64,000 bases of DNA, taken from contig JBFLYD010000044.1 in the NCBI GenBank assembly GCA_040756905.1, positions 2,718 through 66,717 on the forward strand, given 5' to 3'. Below are positions 19,918 to 31,054 of this stretch, piece by piece. The position numbers and the translations under genes are program-made. Source of the stretch: Acidobacteriota bacterium. GTDB taxonomy: Bacteria > Acidobacteriota > Aminicenantia > JBFLYD01. The notes beneath the pieces are model-generated. The model did no database searches. It saw only the letters and a list, made by a program, of their open reading frames with translations, and was not told where the DNA came from. Positions within the stretch are counted from its first letter, which is position 1. The number at the start of each line of letters is the position of its first letter.

Positions 19918-20107
19918 AGTGTGCTGTCTATTAAATTTTGTTCATTGAGTAATTTTATTTTTTTGACAGCACACTGAAGGGGTATGGGGAAGGTATCTTC
20001 CCCATGTCTGGGGGGTGCTCAGCGAAGCGTCTAAGGAGATCTTTCTCCCATAGGGAAAGTGTCATGTCACAATAATATAACAAAAGGTATTTAAGTGACA
20101 TGACACT
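19918..20107 (+). repeat. About 190-bp structured intergenic element, family A copy 1
   Basis: 5-prime hairpin AGTGTGCTGTC (19918-19928) pairs with GACAGCACACT (19965-19975). The GC-rich core is followed by a 3-prime hairpin, AGTGTCATGTCAC (20058-20070) pairing with GTGACATGACACT (20095-20107). About 85 percent identical to 56824-57009. Confidence 0.8.
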
Positions 20108-22835
20108 AATTTTCCCTTATTTCTCCTTTTTCTTTTAAAACTGCTCTTGCAGAAGCTAATCGAGCTATGGGTATTCTGAAAGGAGAGGCACTTACATAAT
20201 CCAGACCAATAGAATGACAGATTTCAATCGAATCAGGTTCTCCTCCATGTTCTCCACAGATTCCTATTTTCAAATTCTCCCTTACTTTTTTTCCTTTTTT
20301 TACAGCAATTTCCATTAACTCCCCAACTCCATTTCTATCCAGGGATTCAAAAGGGTCTTTATCCCAGATGCCCTCCCTCAAATAATACCTTGCAAATTTT
20401 ACTGAGTCATCTCTTGAAATTCCGAAAACAGTCTGAGTTAAGTCATTTGTTCCAAATGAGAAAAATTCGGCTTCTTCTGCAATTTCATCTGCAGTGATAG
20501 CTGATCTGGGTACCTCAATCATAGTTCCCACCATAAATTCTATTTTTATTTTATTTTTCTTCATTACTTCATCTGCCACTCTTTTGATTATTTCCTTTTG
20601 ATCCTTTATTTCTTTTACCGAACTCACAAGGGGTATCATAATTTCTGGGGATATTTTTTCTCCCTCTTTAATTAGTTCTGCGGCTGCTTCGAAGATAGCT
20701 CTTGCCTGCATTTCAGTTATTTCTGGAAAGGTAATTCCAAGTCTGCACCCCCTGTGTCCTAACATTGGATTGAATTCATGAAGTTCCTCAACTCTTTCGA
20801 GAATTTCCTCTAATTCTTTTAACTCTTGGGTATTTACTCCTGGATTTTTAGTTTTTAGAGTTGCGATTTTGACCATTAATTCTTCTCTTTTTGGCAAAAA
20901 TTCATGGAGCGGAGGATCTAATGTTCTTATAGTCACCGGAAGTCCTTTCATTTCTTTAAAAAGTCTAATGAAATCTTCTCTCTGGAATGGAAGTAATTTT
21001 TCAAGTATCTCTTTTCTTTCTTTTTCAGTTCTTGCCATTATCATCTTTTGCATGTATGGAAGCCTATCCTCACCGAAAAACATATGCTCTGTCCTGCAAA
21101 GTCCGATTCCTTCAGCACCGAATAAGATCGCCATCCTTGCATCATCTGGAGTATCAGCATTTGCCCTTACTCTAAGTCTTCTTATCTCATCTGCCCAGCT
21201 CAATAGTTTTTCAAAATATTGATAAATTTTAGATTCATGTTTACTTAATTTTCCCTTTAAAACCTGGAGAATTTCAGATTCCTTGGTGGCTATTTTACTA
21301 AGAAAAATCTCTCCTGTATTTCCATCTATTGAAATCCAGTCTCCTTCTTTTATCCTATTTCCGTTTAAATCAAAGTATTTTTCATCTTCATTTATTTTTA
21401 ATTCTCCGCATCCAACAACAGCAGGCTTCCCCATTTGCCTTCCTACGACTGCGGCATGGGAAGTCATTCCTCCTCTTGCTGTTAAAAATCCCTGGGATAC
21501 ACTCATACCATGGATATCATCAGGGGATGTTTCCAGTCTAACAAGGATAACTTTTTCATTTTTTTGATTCCATGTAACAGCATCATCAGCATTAAAAACC
21601 GTCCTTCCAGTTGCAGCGCCAGGAGAAGCAGCGAGTCCTTTCGCCGCAGAAGGATATTTTTTCTTTTCTTCAGGGTCAAAAATAGGATGAAGAAGTTGAT
21701 TCAGAGAAGGAGGGTCAACCATCGCAATTGCTTCATCTTTTTGAATTAGTCCTTCCTCTACTATATCAACTGCAATTTTGACAGATGCAAGTCCTGTTCT
21801 TTTTCCACTTCGAGTCTGGAGCAGATACAATTTATTTTCCTGGATTGTAAACTCATAGTCCTGCATATCCCTATAGTGGATTTCGAGAGTTTTTGTGATT
21901 TTTTCAAGCTCTTTAAAAACATCTGGCATTAAATTTTTTAGCTCTGATATATGTCTTGGTGTTCTTATTCCTGCTACAACATCTTCTCCCTGAGCATTTT
22001 CAAGAAACTCTCCATAAAATTCTTTCTCACCCGTTGAAGGATTTCGGGTAAAGCCAACCCCAGTTCCTGATCTTTTTCCAAAATTTCCAAAGACCATTGC
22101 TTGGATATTAACTGCTGTTCCAAGATCAGAAGAAATATTGTATATCTTGCGATAGGTTATTGCTCGAGGGTTGTTCCATGATTTAAACACAGCATTAATT
22201 GCCATCTCAAGCTGCTGGTAAACATCCTGAGGAAATTCGATATTTTTTTCTTTTTTTACAAGAATCTTGTATTTTTCAATTAATTCTTCAAATTTTTTTT
22301 CTGATAGTTCGAATTCATATTTAATTCCTTCAATATTTTTGATCTCGTTGAGAATATCTTCAAATTTTCTTTTATCAATACCAAGGACTACATTGGAGAA
22401 CATGTGAATAAATCTTCTGTAACAATCAAGGGCAAATTTAAGGTTGTTTGTTTTTTGAGCGAGACCTTTCATTGTCTTATCGTTTAAACCAAGATTGAGG
22501 ATTGTATCCATCATTCCAGGCATTGAATATTTTGCTCCTGACCTTACAGAGACAAGAAGAGGGTTTTTTTCGTCACCAAATCCTTTTTTTGTAACTTTTT
22601 CCAATTTTTTTAAATTTTTGTATATTTCATTTTTTATTGAATCAGGAATTTTTTCTCCATTTTTGTTAAAAATTGTACATGCCTCAGTAGAGATAGTAAA
22701 TCCAGGCGGAACAGAGATACCTGCATTGGTCATTTCAGCTAACCCAGACCCCTTACCTCCCAGTATATCTTTCATCTCTTTATTACCCTCAGCTTTGCCA
22801 TCAGAGAAAAAATATACGTATTTTTTCATCGGCAA
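20106..22835 (-). CDS. ppdK: Pyruvate, phosphate dikinase
   Basis: 909 aa with an ATP-grasp N-terminus, the phosphohistidine segment GGMTSHAAVVGR and a PEP-utilising C-terminus (CGEHGG). Confidence 0.95.
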   Translation of the reverse strand: MPMKKYVYFFSDGKAEGNKEMKDILGGKGSGLAEMTNAGISVPPGFTISTEACTIFNKNGEKIPDSIKNEIYKNLKKLEKVTKKGFGDEKNPLLVSVRSGAKYSMPGMMDTILNLGLNDKTMKGLAQKTNNLKFALDCYRRFIHMFSNVVLGIDKRKFEDILNEIKNIEGIKYEFELSEKKFEELIEKYKILVKKEKNIEFPQDVYQQLEMAINAVFKSWNNPRAITYRKIYNISSDLGTAVNIQAMVFGNFGKRSGTGVGFTRNPSTGEKEFYGEFLENAQGEDVVAGIRTPRHISELKNLMPDVFKELEKITKTLEIHYRDMQDYEFTIQENKLYLLQTRSGKRTGLASVKIAVDIVEEGLIQKDEAIAMVDPPSLNQLLHPIFDPEEKKKYPSAAKGLAASPGAATGRTVFNADDAVTWNQKNEKVILVRLETSPDDIHGMSVSQGFLTARGGMTSHAAVVGRQMGKPAVVGCGELKINEDEKYFDLNGNRIKEGDWISIDGNTGEIFLSKIATKESEILQVLKGKLSKHESKIYQYFEKLLSWADEIRRLRVRANADTPDDARMAILFGAEGIGLCRTEHMFFGEDRLPYMQKMIMARTEKERKEILEKLLPFQREDFIRLFKEMKGLPVTIRTLDPPLHEFLPKREELMVKIATLKTKNPGVNTQELKELEEILERVEELHEFNPMLGHRGCRLGITFPEITEMQARAIFEAAAELIKEGEKISPEIMIPLVSSVKEIKDQKEIIKRVADEVMKKNKIKIEFMVGTMIEVPRSAITADEIAEEAEFFSFGTNDLTQTVFGISRDDSVKFARYYLREGIWDKDPFESLDRNGVGELMEIAVKKGKKVRENLKIGICGEHGGEPDSIEICHSIGLDYVSASPFRIPIARLASARAVLKEKGEIREN

Positions 22836-22848
22836 CCCTCCTCTGAAT

Positions 22849-25428
22849 TTATTCTGTAATAAAGGTAGTTTCTTCTTTAAATCTATCCCAATCCACCTTG
22901 ATAGAGGTTCCGTTCTCTATTTTTCCAGACAGTATTTCCATTGCCAATGGATTCTGAATAAGGTTTTGAATCGCCCTTTTTAGAGGGCGAGCACCAAATA
23001 CAGGATCAAATCCTTTTTCTTTTATAATTTCTCTCATTTTTTTTGAGATTTTCAAATTAATATTTTTGTCTTTTAGAATTTTTTCTAAATCATTGATTCT
23101 CAAATCTATTATTTTTTCAATAGAACTCTCTGAAAGAGGCTTAAAAATAATTATGTCATCTATTCTATTGAGGAATTCTGGTTTAAAAAATTCTCTCAGC
23201 ATTTCCATGATTTTATTCTTCATCTGGAATTCATCTTTTATCATATCCTGAATTATTGAACTCCCCAGATTGGAAGTCATTATTATCAAAGTATTTTTAA
23301 AATCCACTGACCTTCCTTTACTATCGGTAAGCCTTCCGTCGTCAAGGATCTGGAGAAGAATATTGAAGACATCAGGATGGGCTTTTTCTATTTCATCCAG
23401 AAGAATGATAGAGTAAGGTCTTCTTCTAATAGTCTCTGTAAGTTGGCCCCCTTCTTCATAACCCACATAGCCCGGTGGCGCTCCTATTAGCTTTGAGACT
23501 GAATGCTTTTCCATAAATTCTGACATATCTAACCTGACCATGGCCTTTTCATCATCAAAAAGAAATTCAGCAATTGCTTTTGCAAGTTCTGTTTTTCCAA
23601 CCCCAGTTGGGCCTAAAAAGATAAAAGAACCAATCGGTCTTCTTGGGTCTTGAAGTCCTGACCTTCCTCGTCTTATAGCATTGGAGACAGCTTTGACAGC
23701 TTCATTCTGTCCGATAACTCTTTCTCTTAATCTCTCTTCCATGTGAATTAATTTTTCTTTTTCGCTTTCTAATAATTTTGATAATGGAATGCCCGTCCAT
23801 TTTGATATAACCTCTGCTATATCTTCCTCATCGACTTCTTCTTTTAACATCTTTCCTCTTTTTTGAATCTCAACAAGCTTCTCATTCTGTTTTTTCAGTT
23901 GATTTTGAAGTTCAAGCAATTTTCCATATCTCAGTTCTGCTACTTTATCATACTCTCCTTTTCTCTCTAAATTCTGTTCTTCAATTTTTAATTTTTCTAT
24001 GGATTCTTTAATATTCCTTATTTTAAGAATTGTGTCTTTTTCTAAAATCCATTGGGATTTTAATTTGTTTTTTTCCTCGCTATGTTGAGTGATCATTTTG
24101 TTTAAAGCTTCTATCTTGTCAGCCGAATCCTTTTCCCTTTTTAAAGCTTCCTTTTCAATTTCAAGCTGAATGATTTTTCTTTCGATTTCATCAATTTCAG
24201 TGGGAAGACTGTCGATTTCAATTCTAAGTCTCGCGGAAGCCTCATCTATTAAATCAATTGCTTTATCTGGAAGATATCTATCAGATATGAACCTGTTTGA
24301 TAGAGTTGCAGCAGCCACAAGAGCAGAATCCTTTATTTTTATTCCATGATGTAGTTCATATTTTTCCTTTAATCCTCTAAGTATTGAGATTGCCTCTTCT
24401 ACAGTTGGTTCATCCACATAAACTGGTTGAAATCTTCTTTCAAGAGCAGCATCTTTTTCGATGTGTTTTTTATATTCACTAAGGGTTGTAGCTCCGATTG
24501 CGCGAAGTTCACCACGGGATAAAGGAGGTTTCAGGATGTTTGAAGCATCTACAGCTCCTTCTGCTGCTCCTGCTCCCACGATTGTGTGGAGCTCATCCAT
24601 GAAAAGCATAATTTCTCCATTTGATTCGACCACTTCTTTGATAATTGCTTTTAATCTATCTTCAAATTCGCCCCTGTATTTAGTTCCTGCAATGATTGAA
24701 CCAATGTCAAGAGCTATAATTTTTTTATTCTTTAAACTTTCTGGACAGTCTCCAGAAATTATTCTCTGGGCAAGACCCTCGACAATGGCAGTCTTTCCAA
24801 CACCTGGCTCTCCAATAAGAACAGGGTTATTTTTCGTTCTTCTACTTAGAACTTGAATTACTCTTCTTATTTCATCATCTCTTCCAATAACCGGATCAAG
24901 TTTTCCTTTTTTTGCTAAATCAGTTAGATCTTTTCCGAATCTCTGTAAGACCTGATATTTTTCCTCTGGCATTTGGTCTGACACTCTCTGGGAGCCCCTT
25001 ATGGCTCGTAAGGCGTAAAGAAAATTTTCTTCAGTCATTCCATTATTTTTTAATAGTTTTGAAGCTGTTTTACCCTCATTCAAAAGGCTTAGCAATAAAT
25101 GCTCAGATGAGATGTAATCATCTTTAAATTTATCAGCAATTTTTTCTGCTTGATTTACGACATTGATCATTCTTCTTGATATAAATATATCTCCACCTTC
25201 AACTGAGGGGAGCGTTTTAAAATGGTCTTTTAGAGAGCTGATTATCAAATTCGAATCTGCTCCGATTTTATTAAATATGGGCATTAAGATCGAATCTTTC
25301 TGGGTCAACAACCCGTATAAAAGATGCTCTGGAGTTATCTCCTGGTGATTGTATTCTTTGGCTATTTTCTGGGCTTCCTCGAGGGCTTCTTGAGATTTTA
25401 AGGTTAATTTTTCTGTATTCATATTCAT
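22849..25428 (-). CDS. clpB: ATP-dependent chaperone ClpB
   Basis: 859 aa with the Clp_N domain, two AAA+ modules ([15 protein letters not shown]; [13 protein letters not shown]) and a long middle coiled coil. Confidence 0.95.
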   Translation of the reverse strand: MNMNTEKLTLKSQEALEEAQKIAKEYNHQEITPEHLLYGLLTQKDSILMPIFNKIGADSNLIISSLKDHFKTLPSVEGGDIFISRRMINVVNQAEKIADKFKDDYISSEHLLLSLLNEGKTASKLLKNNGMTEENFLYALRAIRGSQRVSDQMPEEKYQVLQRFGKDLTDLAKKGKLDPVIGRDDEIRRVIQVLSRRTKNNPVLIGEPGVGKTAIVEGLAQRIISGDCPESLKNKKIIALDIGSIIAGTKYRGEFEDRLKAIIKEVVESNGEIMLFMDELHTIVGAGAAEGAVDASNILKPPLSRGELRAIGATTLSEYKKHIEKDAALERRFQPVYVDEPTVEEAISILRGLKEKYELHHGIKIKDSALVAAATLSNRFISDRYLPDKAIDLIDEASARLRIEIDSLPTEIDEIERKIIQLEIEKEALKREKDSADKIEALNKMITQHSEEKNKLKSQWILEKDTILKIRNIKESIEKLKIEEQNLERKGEYDKVAELRYGKLLELQNQLKKQNEKLVEIQKRGKMLKEEVDEEDIAEVISKWTGIPLSKLLESEKEKLIHMEERLRERVIGQNEAVKAVSNAIRRGRSGLQDPRRPIGSFIFLGPTGVGKTELAKAIAEFLFDDEKAMVRLDMSEFMEKHSVSKLIGAPPGYVGYEEGGQLTETIRRRPYSIILLDEIEKAHPDVFNILLQILDDGRLTDSKGRSVDFKNTLIIMTSNLGSSIIQDMIKDEFQMKNKIMEMLREFFKPEFLNRIDDIIIFKPLSESSIEKIIDLRINDLEKILKDKNINLKISKKMREIIKEKGFDPVFGARPLKRAIQNLIQNPLAMEILSGKIENGTSIKVDWDRFKEETTFITE

Positions 25429-25432
25429 ACGA

Positions 25433-26509
25433 TTATAAATAATTCAATTTTTTTTCTTTTTTCAACATTTCAATTATTTCTTTAACTCTTTGTGATTTTT
25501 CCTTCGGACAGATTAAAAGGGCATCATCTGTATCTATTATTACCATATCCTTTACATCGATTAGGGAAATGAGTTTTTTTTCGCTGAAAACAACACATCC
25601 TGAGGAATCGATCGTTGTCAGATTTGCTCTTATTGCATTGTTATTTTTGTCCTTCCCCCACAATTCATAAAGAGAAGACCATGAGCCAACATCAGACCAG
25701 ATAAAGTTAGCCTTGCCCACAAAAACATCGTCAGATTTCTCCATTAACGCATAATCGATTGAAATTGATTGAATTTTTTTATAAATATTTTTTAAAAGGG
25801 AGAAATCTTTTTTAGCCAGGGCATTTTCAAATTTTTTATAATAAACAAAAAATTCTGGAGCAAATTTTTCTAATTTATTTTCAAAAGCTTCAATGCTCCA
25901 TAGAAAAATCCCGCTATTCCAGAAGAAATTTTTAGAAGAAATAAATTCAATTGCCTTTTCTTTAGAGGGCTTCTCCTTGAACTGTTTTACTTCAAAAAAG
26001 TAGTTACCGTTTTTTTGAATCTGTTTATTTCTGTTGATTTCAATGTATCCATATCCTGTTTCTGGAGCCTTGGGATTTATCCCAAAAGTTATTAAATAGT
26101 CATTCTCTTCAGCGATTTCAAAGGCAGATTTTATAAGTCCGTGAAAAAGTTCATCTTTTCTTATAAAATGATCTGCTGGTAAGATTAGTATTGAGCTATT
26201 TCTATCTTTCTTTGAAATGAAAGAAGCGACATAGATAACTGCAGGAGCTGTGTTTTTTGATTCTGGTTCAAGAAGGATGTTTTCTTTATTAAATTTCGGA
26301 AATATTTTTTTTATTTTTTTATAGAAAGATTCATGGGTAACGATAATTATATTTTTTTCCGGAATCATCGGTTTTATTCTTTTAACTGTTTCTTCAATCA
26401 TAGGACTTTTACTTATTACAGGAAGGAATTGCTTTGGGTTATTTTGCCTTGACCATGGCCAGAATCTTGTTCCCATGCCCCCTGCCAAGATTACAGCCCA
26501 TCTTTGCAT
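25433..26509 (-). CDS. manC: Mannose-1-phosphate guanylyltransferase (nucleotidyltransferase domain only)
   Basis: 358 aa containing [15 protein letters not shown]...PKQFL and GYGYI. Confidence 0.85.
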   Translation of the reverse strand: MQRWAVILAGGMGTRFWPWSRQNNPKQFLPVISKSPMIEETVKRIKPMIPEKNIIIVTHESFYKKIKKIFPKFNKENILLEPESKNTAPAVIYVASFISKKDRNSSILILPADHFIRKDELFHGLIKSAFEIAEENDYLITFGINPKAPETGYGYIEINRNKQIQKNGNYFFEVKQFKEKPSKEKAIEFISSKNFFWNSGIFLWSIEAFENKLEKFAPEFFVYYKKFENALAKKDFSLLKNIYKKIQSISIDYALMEKSDDVFVGKANFIWSDVGSWSSLYELWGKDKNNNAIRANLTTIDSSGCVVFSEKKLISLIDVKDMVIIDTDDALLICPKEKSQRVKEIIEMLKKEKKLNYL

Positions 26510-26511
26510 TT

Positions 26512-27321
26512 TTATCTCCAGAATAAGTTATAAAAAATCATAAGAATTCCAACAAAAAAACAATAGAAAGAAAAAATGAAGAATTTACCTTTTTTTATTA
26601 TTGAAAAAAGATACTTAAGGGAGATAAGACCAACTAAAAAAGAAAAGAAAACGCCAGATATCATTATCGTTAAATCTTCATTTTGCAATTGCTTTACCTT
26701 TAGAGATTCATAAAAAAGAGCTCCAAGAATTGCAGGAATAGATAATAAAAATGAAAATTTTGTGGCGATTTCTTTTTTCCAACCCAGTAACAAAGCTATT
26801 CCTATTGTCATTCCTGACCTTGAAATTCCTGGAGCTATTGCTAAACCCTGGAATATTCCGATTAGAAATGGATGAATTACATGAACATTTCTCCTTTCTT
26901 TTGCGTATTTAGTAATAAACAATATGATTCCAGTGATAAGAAAGGAATATCCGATGTATTTTAAAGTACCGAACAATTTTTCAAATTCTTTATCAAAAAG
27001 AATCCCAATCAACGCTGTTGGTATAAGGGCGATTAACATATACAACAAAAAAATATGGCCTCTGATAATTAAAAAAGGGTTTGACTCATTTTTACTTTTT
27101 ATAATTGAAAACAGAATTTCTATTATATCTTTTCTTAAATATAAAATAATCGCCAGAAGGGTTCCTCCATGGAGAACAATATCAAACATAATCTGAGGCT
27201 CTCTTATTCCAAATAAGAATTGAAATAATACTAAATGGCCTGAGCTGGATATAGGGAAGAATTCAGTTGTTCCTTGGACAATGGATAGAAATATTACCTC
27301 GAAAAAATTTACGCTACTCAA
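26512..27321 (-). CDS. uppP: Undecaprenyl-diphosphatase
   Basis: 269 aa, polytopic, containing QGTTEFFPISSSGHL and PGISRSGMTI. Confidence 0.9.
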   Translation of the reverse strand: MSSVNFFEVIFLSIVQGTTEFFPISSSGHLVLFQFLFGIREPQIMFDIVLHGGTLLAIILYLRKDIIEILFSIIKSKNESNPFLIIRGHIFLLYMLIALIPTALIGILFDKEFEKLFGTLKYIGYSFLITGIILFITKYAKERRNVHVIHPFLIGIFQGLAIAPGISRSGMTIGIALLLGWKKEIATKFSFLLSIPAILGALFYESLKVKQLQNEDLTIMISGVFFSFLVGLISLKYLFSIIKKGKFFIFSFYCFFVGILMIFYNLFWR

Positions 27322-27343
27322 TTTTTGCCCCTCACAGTTATAG

Positions 27344-28717
27344 TTATGCCAGTGTATCTTTTAATTTAATTTTAATTTCATGCACTTTTTTCTCAATCAG
27401 ACTTTGGATTTTTTCTAAGTCCTTTTCCGTGTCTGCCTCAAACCTCATAACTAAAACTGGCTGAGTGTTTGAAGCCCTCACCAATGCCCATCCTTTTTCA
27501 AAATTTATTCTTACGCCATCAACATTAATATATGGGTAATCTTTGAATTCTTTCTTCATTTCCTCAACAACTTTAAATTTCAAGTCATCAGAACTGGGGA
27601 TGCGGATTTCAGGGCTAAAATAAGTTCTCGGAAGATCTTTTAACAATGATGAAAGAGGGTTAGAGGTATTTGATAGGATCTCAAGAATTCTTGCTCCTGT
27701 ATAAATAGCATCGTCGAAACCAAAATACCTATCAGCAAAAAATATATGTCCGCTCATTTCTCCTGCTAAGAGTGCTCTTTCATCCCTAATCTTTTTTTTC
27801 ATCAGTGAATGCCCTGTTTTCCACATGATTGGATGACCACCAAGTTTTTTAATTTCTTCAAACAGCAGTTTTGAGGATTTAACCTCAGCTATAATAGTGG
27901 CACCAGGGTTATCTTTTAAAATACTTCTGGAGAGAATTATCATTATCTGGTCTCCCCAGAGGATATTTCCTTTATCATCTATTATTCCAATTCTGTCAGC
28001 ATCTCCATCAAATGCAATTCCAATATCTGCTTTATTTTTTTTAACATTTTCTACAATGTCCTTCAAAAATTCAGGAATTGTAGGGTCAGGATGATGGTTT
28101 GGAAAGTTTCCATCCACTTCACAATATAACTCATGGACATTGCATCCCAATTGCTTATAAATGGGCACAGCCACCACCCCTCCTGTTCCATTTCCAGCAT
28201 CAACCACTACAATGGGTTTCTTTTTTAGATGTACATTATTTATTAGGAATTTTTGATACTCAGGGATGATTTGGTAGATAAACAGATTTGCACCCTTTTC
28301 TTCTATAAACCTTCCCTTCTCGATTATCTTATATAATTCAAGAATTTGGTCTCCCCATAGTGTCTCCAGCCCAGACATTATTTTAAAACCATTATATTCA
28401 GGAGGATTATGAGAACCAGTTATCATCACTCCACCATCTTTTTTAAGAAAATGATTTGCAAAATAAAAAACTGGCGTTGGGACTACTCCTAAATCAGTAA
28501 CATTGCAACCCGTAGAAAGAAGACCTGAAATTATTGCTTCTTTAAATGCACTGGAGCTATTTCTCCCGTCCCTTCCAACAACTATGTTTTTTTTGCCCTG
28601 ATTTCTCAAATAAGTTCCTATGGATTTTCCAAGAATTTCAACTACCTCAGGAGTAAGGTCCTCTTCGACTACACCCCTTATATCATATTCTCTGAAAATA
28701 TTAGGATTCATATTCAT
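27344..28717 (-). CDS. Phosphomannomutase/phosphoglucomutase
   Basis: 457 aa with the active-site TGSHNPPEYNG, the metal loop FDGDADR and GEMSGH. Confidence 0.9.
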   Translation of the reverse strand: MNMNPNIFREYDIRGVVEEDLTPEVVEILGKSIGTYLRNQGKKNIVVGRDGRNSSSAFKEAIISGLLSTGCNVTDLGVVPTPVFYFANHFLKKDGGVMITGSHNPPEYNGFKIMSGLETLWGDQILELYKIIEKGRFIEEKGANLFIYQIIPEYQKFLINNVHLKKKPIVVVDAGNGTGGVVAVPIYKQLGCNVHELYCEVDGNFPNHHPDPTIPEFLKDIVENVKKNKADIGIAFDGDADRIGIIDDKGNILWGDQIMIILSRSILKDNPGATIIAEVKSSKLLFEEIKKLGGHPIMWKTGHSLMKKKIRDERALLAGEMSGHIFFADRYFGFDDAIYTGARILEILSNTSNPLSSLLKDLPRTYFSPEIRIPSSDDLKFKVVEEMKKEFKDYPYINVDGVRINFEKGWALVRASNTQPVLVMRFEADTEKDLEKIQSLIEKKVHEIKIKLKDTLA

Positions 28718-28778
28718 GTTATCTTAAGAAATTATTATTATACATGAATCTTCCAAAATTTTAAATTTACATTATATA

Positions 28779-28787
28779 TGGTATAAT
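28779..28787 (+). promoter_or_regulatory. Extended -10 promoter (TGgTATAAT) for gatB; implies a near-leaderless mRNA
   Basis: TGGTATAAT at 28779-28787 lies only 10 nt before the ATG at 28798. There is no Shine-Dalgarno sequence between them. Confidence 0.4.
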
Positions 28788-28797
28788 TCATTTCCAA

Positions 28798-30237
28798 ATG
28801 TATCAATCAGTAATAGGTCTTGAAATTCATGCTCAGTTATTGACCAAAACAAAGCTCTTCTGTAGCTGTTCGACAAATTTTGGCGAGCCTCCCAATAAGA
28901 ATGTTTGTCCTGTATGCCTTGGTTTGCCGGGCGCCCTTCCTGTTTTGAATGAGGAAGTGGTGAATTTTTCGATTAAATTAGCCCTTGCTTTGAATATGAA
29001 AATAAATTTAATATCGAGATTCAGCAGAAAAAATTATTTTTATCCGGATCTTCCAAAAGGCTATCAGATAACTCAGTATGATCTTCCTCTTGCTGTTGGT
29101 GGGTATCTTGAGCTTGATGGAGATAGAAAGGTTGTAATTGAAAGGATAAATCTTGAAGAGGATGCTGGAAAATCAATTCATGATGGGATGCCCGACTCCA
29201 ATAAAAAAACCTACCTTGATTTTAACAGATCAGGAATACCTTTAATTGAGATAGTAACTAAACCTGAAATTTACTCACCTGAGGAAGCAGTTCAATTTGT
29301 GATGAAATTGAGGTTAATTTTGCAATACCTTGAAATATGCGATGGAAATATGGAAGAAGGAAGTCTAAGGTGTGATGCCAATGTATCCCAGAAAAAGATT
29401 GGGAAAGAGGAACTCGGTACTAAAACAGAAATAAAAAATTTGAATTCATTCAAGTTTTTACATAAAGCTCTGGAATATGAAATAAAAAGACAGGAAGAAC
29501 TTTTGAATAGAGGAGAAAAAATATTCCATGAAACAAGATTGTATGATTCTTCCTCAGGAAAAACATTTCCGATGAGGTCAAAGGAAGAAGCCCATGATTA
29601 CAGATACTTTCCTGAACCAGATTTATTGCCTCTTAGAATAAGTAAAGATAGAATTCAGTTGATAAAGTCAAATATTCCAGAGCTTCCTGACAGTAAGAGA
29701 AAAAGATTTAGAGAAAAGTATGGAATTCCTTCTTATGACTGTGAAATTTTAACAAGTTCAAGATTGATTGCTGATTATTTTGAGGAAACAGTTAAATATT
29801 GTAAAATGCCTAAAAATGCAAGTAACTGGATCATGGGAGAAGTTCTAAGATATTTAAATGATGAAAACATTGATTTCAATGAATTCAAATTGCCGCCTGA
29901 GTATTTAGCTGAACTGATAATTAGAGTTGAAAATGGAGAGATTCCGATAAGTGTGGCGAAAGAAATATTCCCCTTGATGGCAAGAGAGAAAAAAAGGGTC
30001 GATGAGATTCTTCAGGAGAAGAAGATTGAATTGATTACTGATGATGAGAGGATAAGAGAAATAATAGAGGAAGTTTTTAAAGAGAATCCGTTAGCTTTAA
30101 AACAATTAAAAGAGGGCAAGACCCAGGTTATAAGCTTTTTGATCGGACAGGTTTTAAAAAAGATGGAGAGAAAGGGAAATCCGAATCAGATAAAAAGATT
30201 ATTGGAAAAGGTATTGAATGAAAAACATACTGAATGA
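28798..30237 (+). CDS. gatB: Asp/Glu-tRNA(Asn/Gln) amidotransferase subunit B
   Basis: 479 aa starting MYQSVIGLEIHAQLLTKTKLFCSC, with RCDANVS and a C-terminal YqeY-like tail. Confidence 0.95.
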   Translation: MYQSVIGLEIHAQLLTKTKLFCSCSTNFGEPPNKNVCPVCLGLPGALPVLNEEVVNFSIKLALALNMKINLISRFSRKNYFYPDLPKGYQITQYDLPLAVGGYLELDGDRKVVIERINLEEDAGKSIHDGMPDSNKKTYLDFNRSGIPLIEIVTKPEIYSPEEAVQFVMKLRLILQYLEICDGNMEEGSLRCDANVSQKKIGKEELGTKTEIKNLNSFKFLHKALEYEIKRQEELLNRGEKIFHETRLYDSSSGKTFPMRSKEEAHDYRYFPEPDLLPLRISKDRIQLIKSNIPELPDSKRKRFREKYGIPSYDCEILTSSRLIADYFEETVKYCKMPKNASNWIMGEVLRYLNDENIDFNEFKLPPEYLAELIIRVENGEIPISVAKEIFPLMAREKKRVDEILQEKKIELITDDERIREIIEEVFKENPLALKQLKEGKTQVISFLIGQVLKKMERKGNPNQIKRLLEKVLNEKHTE

Positions 30238-31054
30238 GGAGGAAGAATTAGGGCTTAAGCGAATAGCAAAGAAGTTAAGAATTAATGTTTTAAAGATGAC
30301 AACGATGGCCGGCTCTGGCCACCCAGGAGGTTCTCTTTCTTCTGCTGACATAGTAACTTTCTTGTTTTTTAAGAAGATGAGAATTGATCCATCAAATCCG
30401 AAATGGAATGAAAGGGACAGGTTTATTCTTTCCAAGGGTCATAGTGCTCCAATATTATACGCAGCTCTGGCAGAGATAGGCTTTTTTCCTGTAGATTGGC
30501 TGTGGAATTTGAGAAGATTTCAATATCCCCTTCAGGGCCATCCTGATATGAATACAACTCCTGGAGTTGAAATATCAACTGGCTCACTGGGTCAAGGGTT
30601 GTCTGTGGCAAATGGTCTTGCTTTAGCATTAAAACTTCAAAACATCAATTCAAAAATATATGTTCTTCTTGGAGATGGAGAAAGTCAGGAAGGTCAGGTC
30701 TGGGAAGCTGCAATGACATCAAGTCATAAAAAATTGGATAATATTTGTGCAATTGTTGACTATAACGGCTTACAGATTGATGGATGGATCAAGGATATAA
30801 AGTCTTTAGAGCCATTAAAGGATAAATGGCAAGCATTTGGCTGGCATGTTTTTGAAATAGATGGACACAATTTTTTTGATATCTCTAATGCTTTGAATGA
30901 AGCTGATTTGATTAAAGGGAAACCGAGTGTAATTATTGCCCATACTATAAAAGGAAAGGGAGTCTCATTCATGGAAAATAAAGCAAGATATCATGGAATT
31001 GCCCTTACCCCAAAAGAGCTTGAATTAGCATTGAAAGAGCTGGATGAAAATTAA
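30218..31054 (+). CDS. Transketolase, N-terminal (TPP-binding) subunit
   Basis: 278 aa containing GSGHPGGSLS and GDGESQEGQVWEA. This is the split-type transketolase. Confidence 0.9.
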   Translation: MKNILNEEEELGLKRIAKKLRINVLKMTTMAGSGHPGGSLSSADIVTFLFFKKMRIDPSNPKWNERDRFILSKGHSAPILYAALAEIGFFPVDWLWNLRRFQYPLQGHPDMNTTPGVEISTGSLGQGLSVANGLALALKLQNINSKIYVLLGDGESQEGQVWEAAMTSSHKKLDNICAIVDYNGLQIDGWIKDIKSLEPLKDKWQAFGWHVFEIDGHNFFDISNALNEADLIKGKPSVIIAHTIKGKGVSFMENKARYHGIALTPKELELALKELDEN

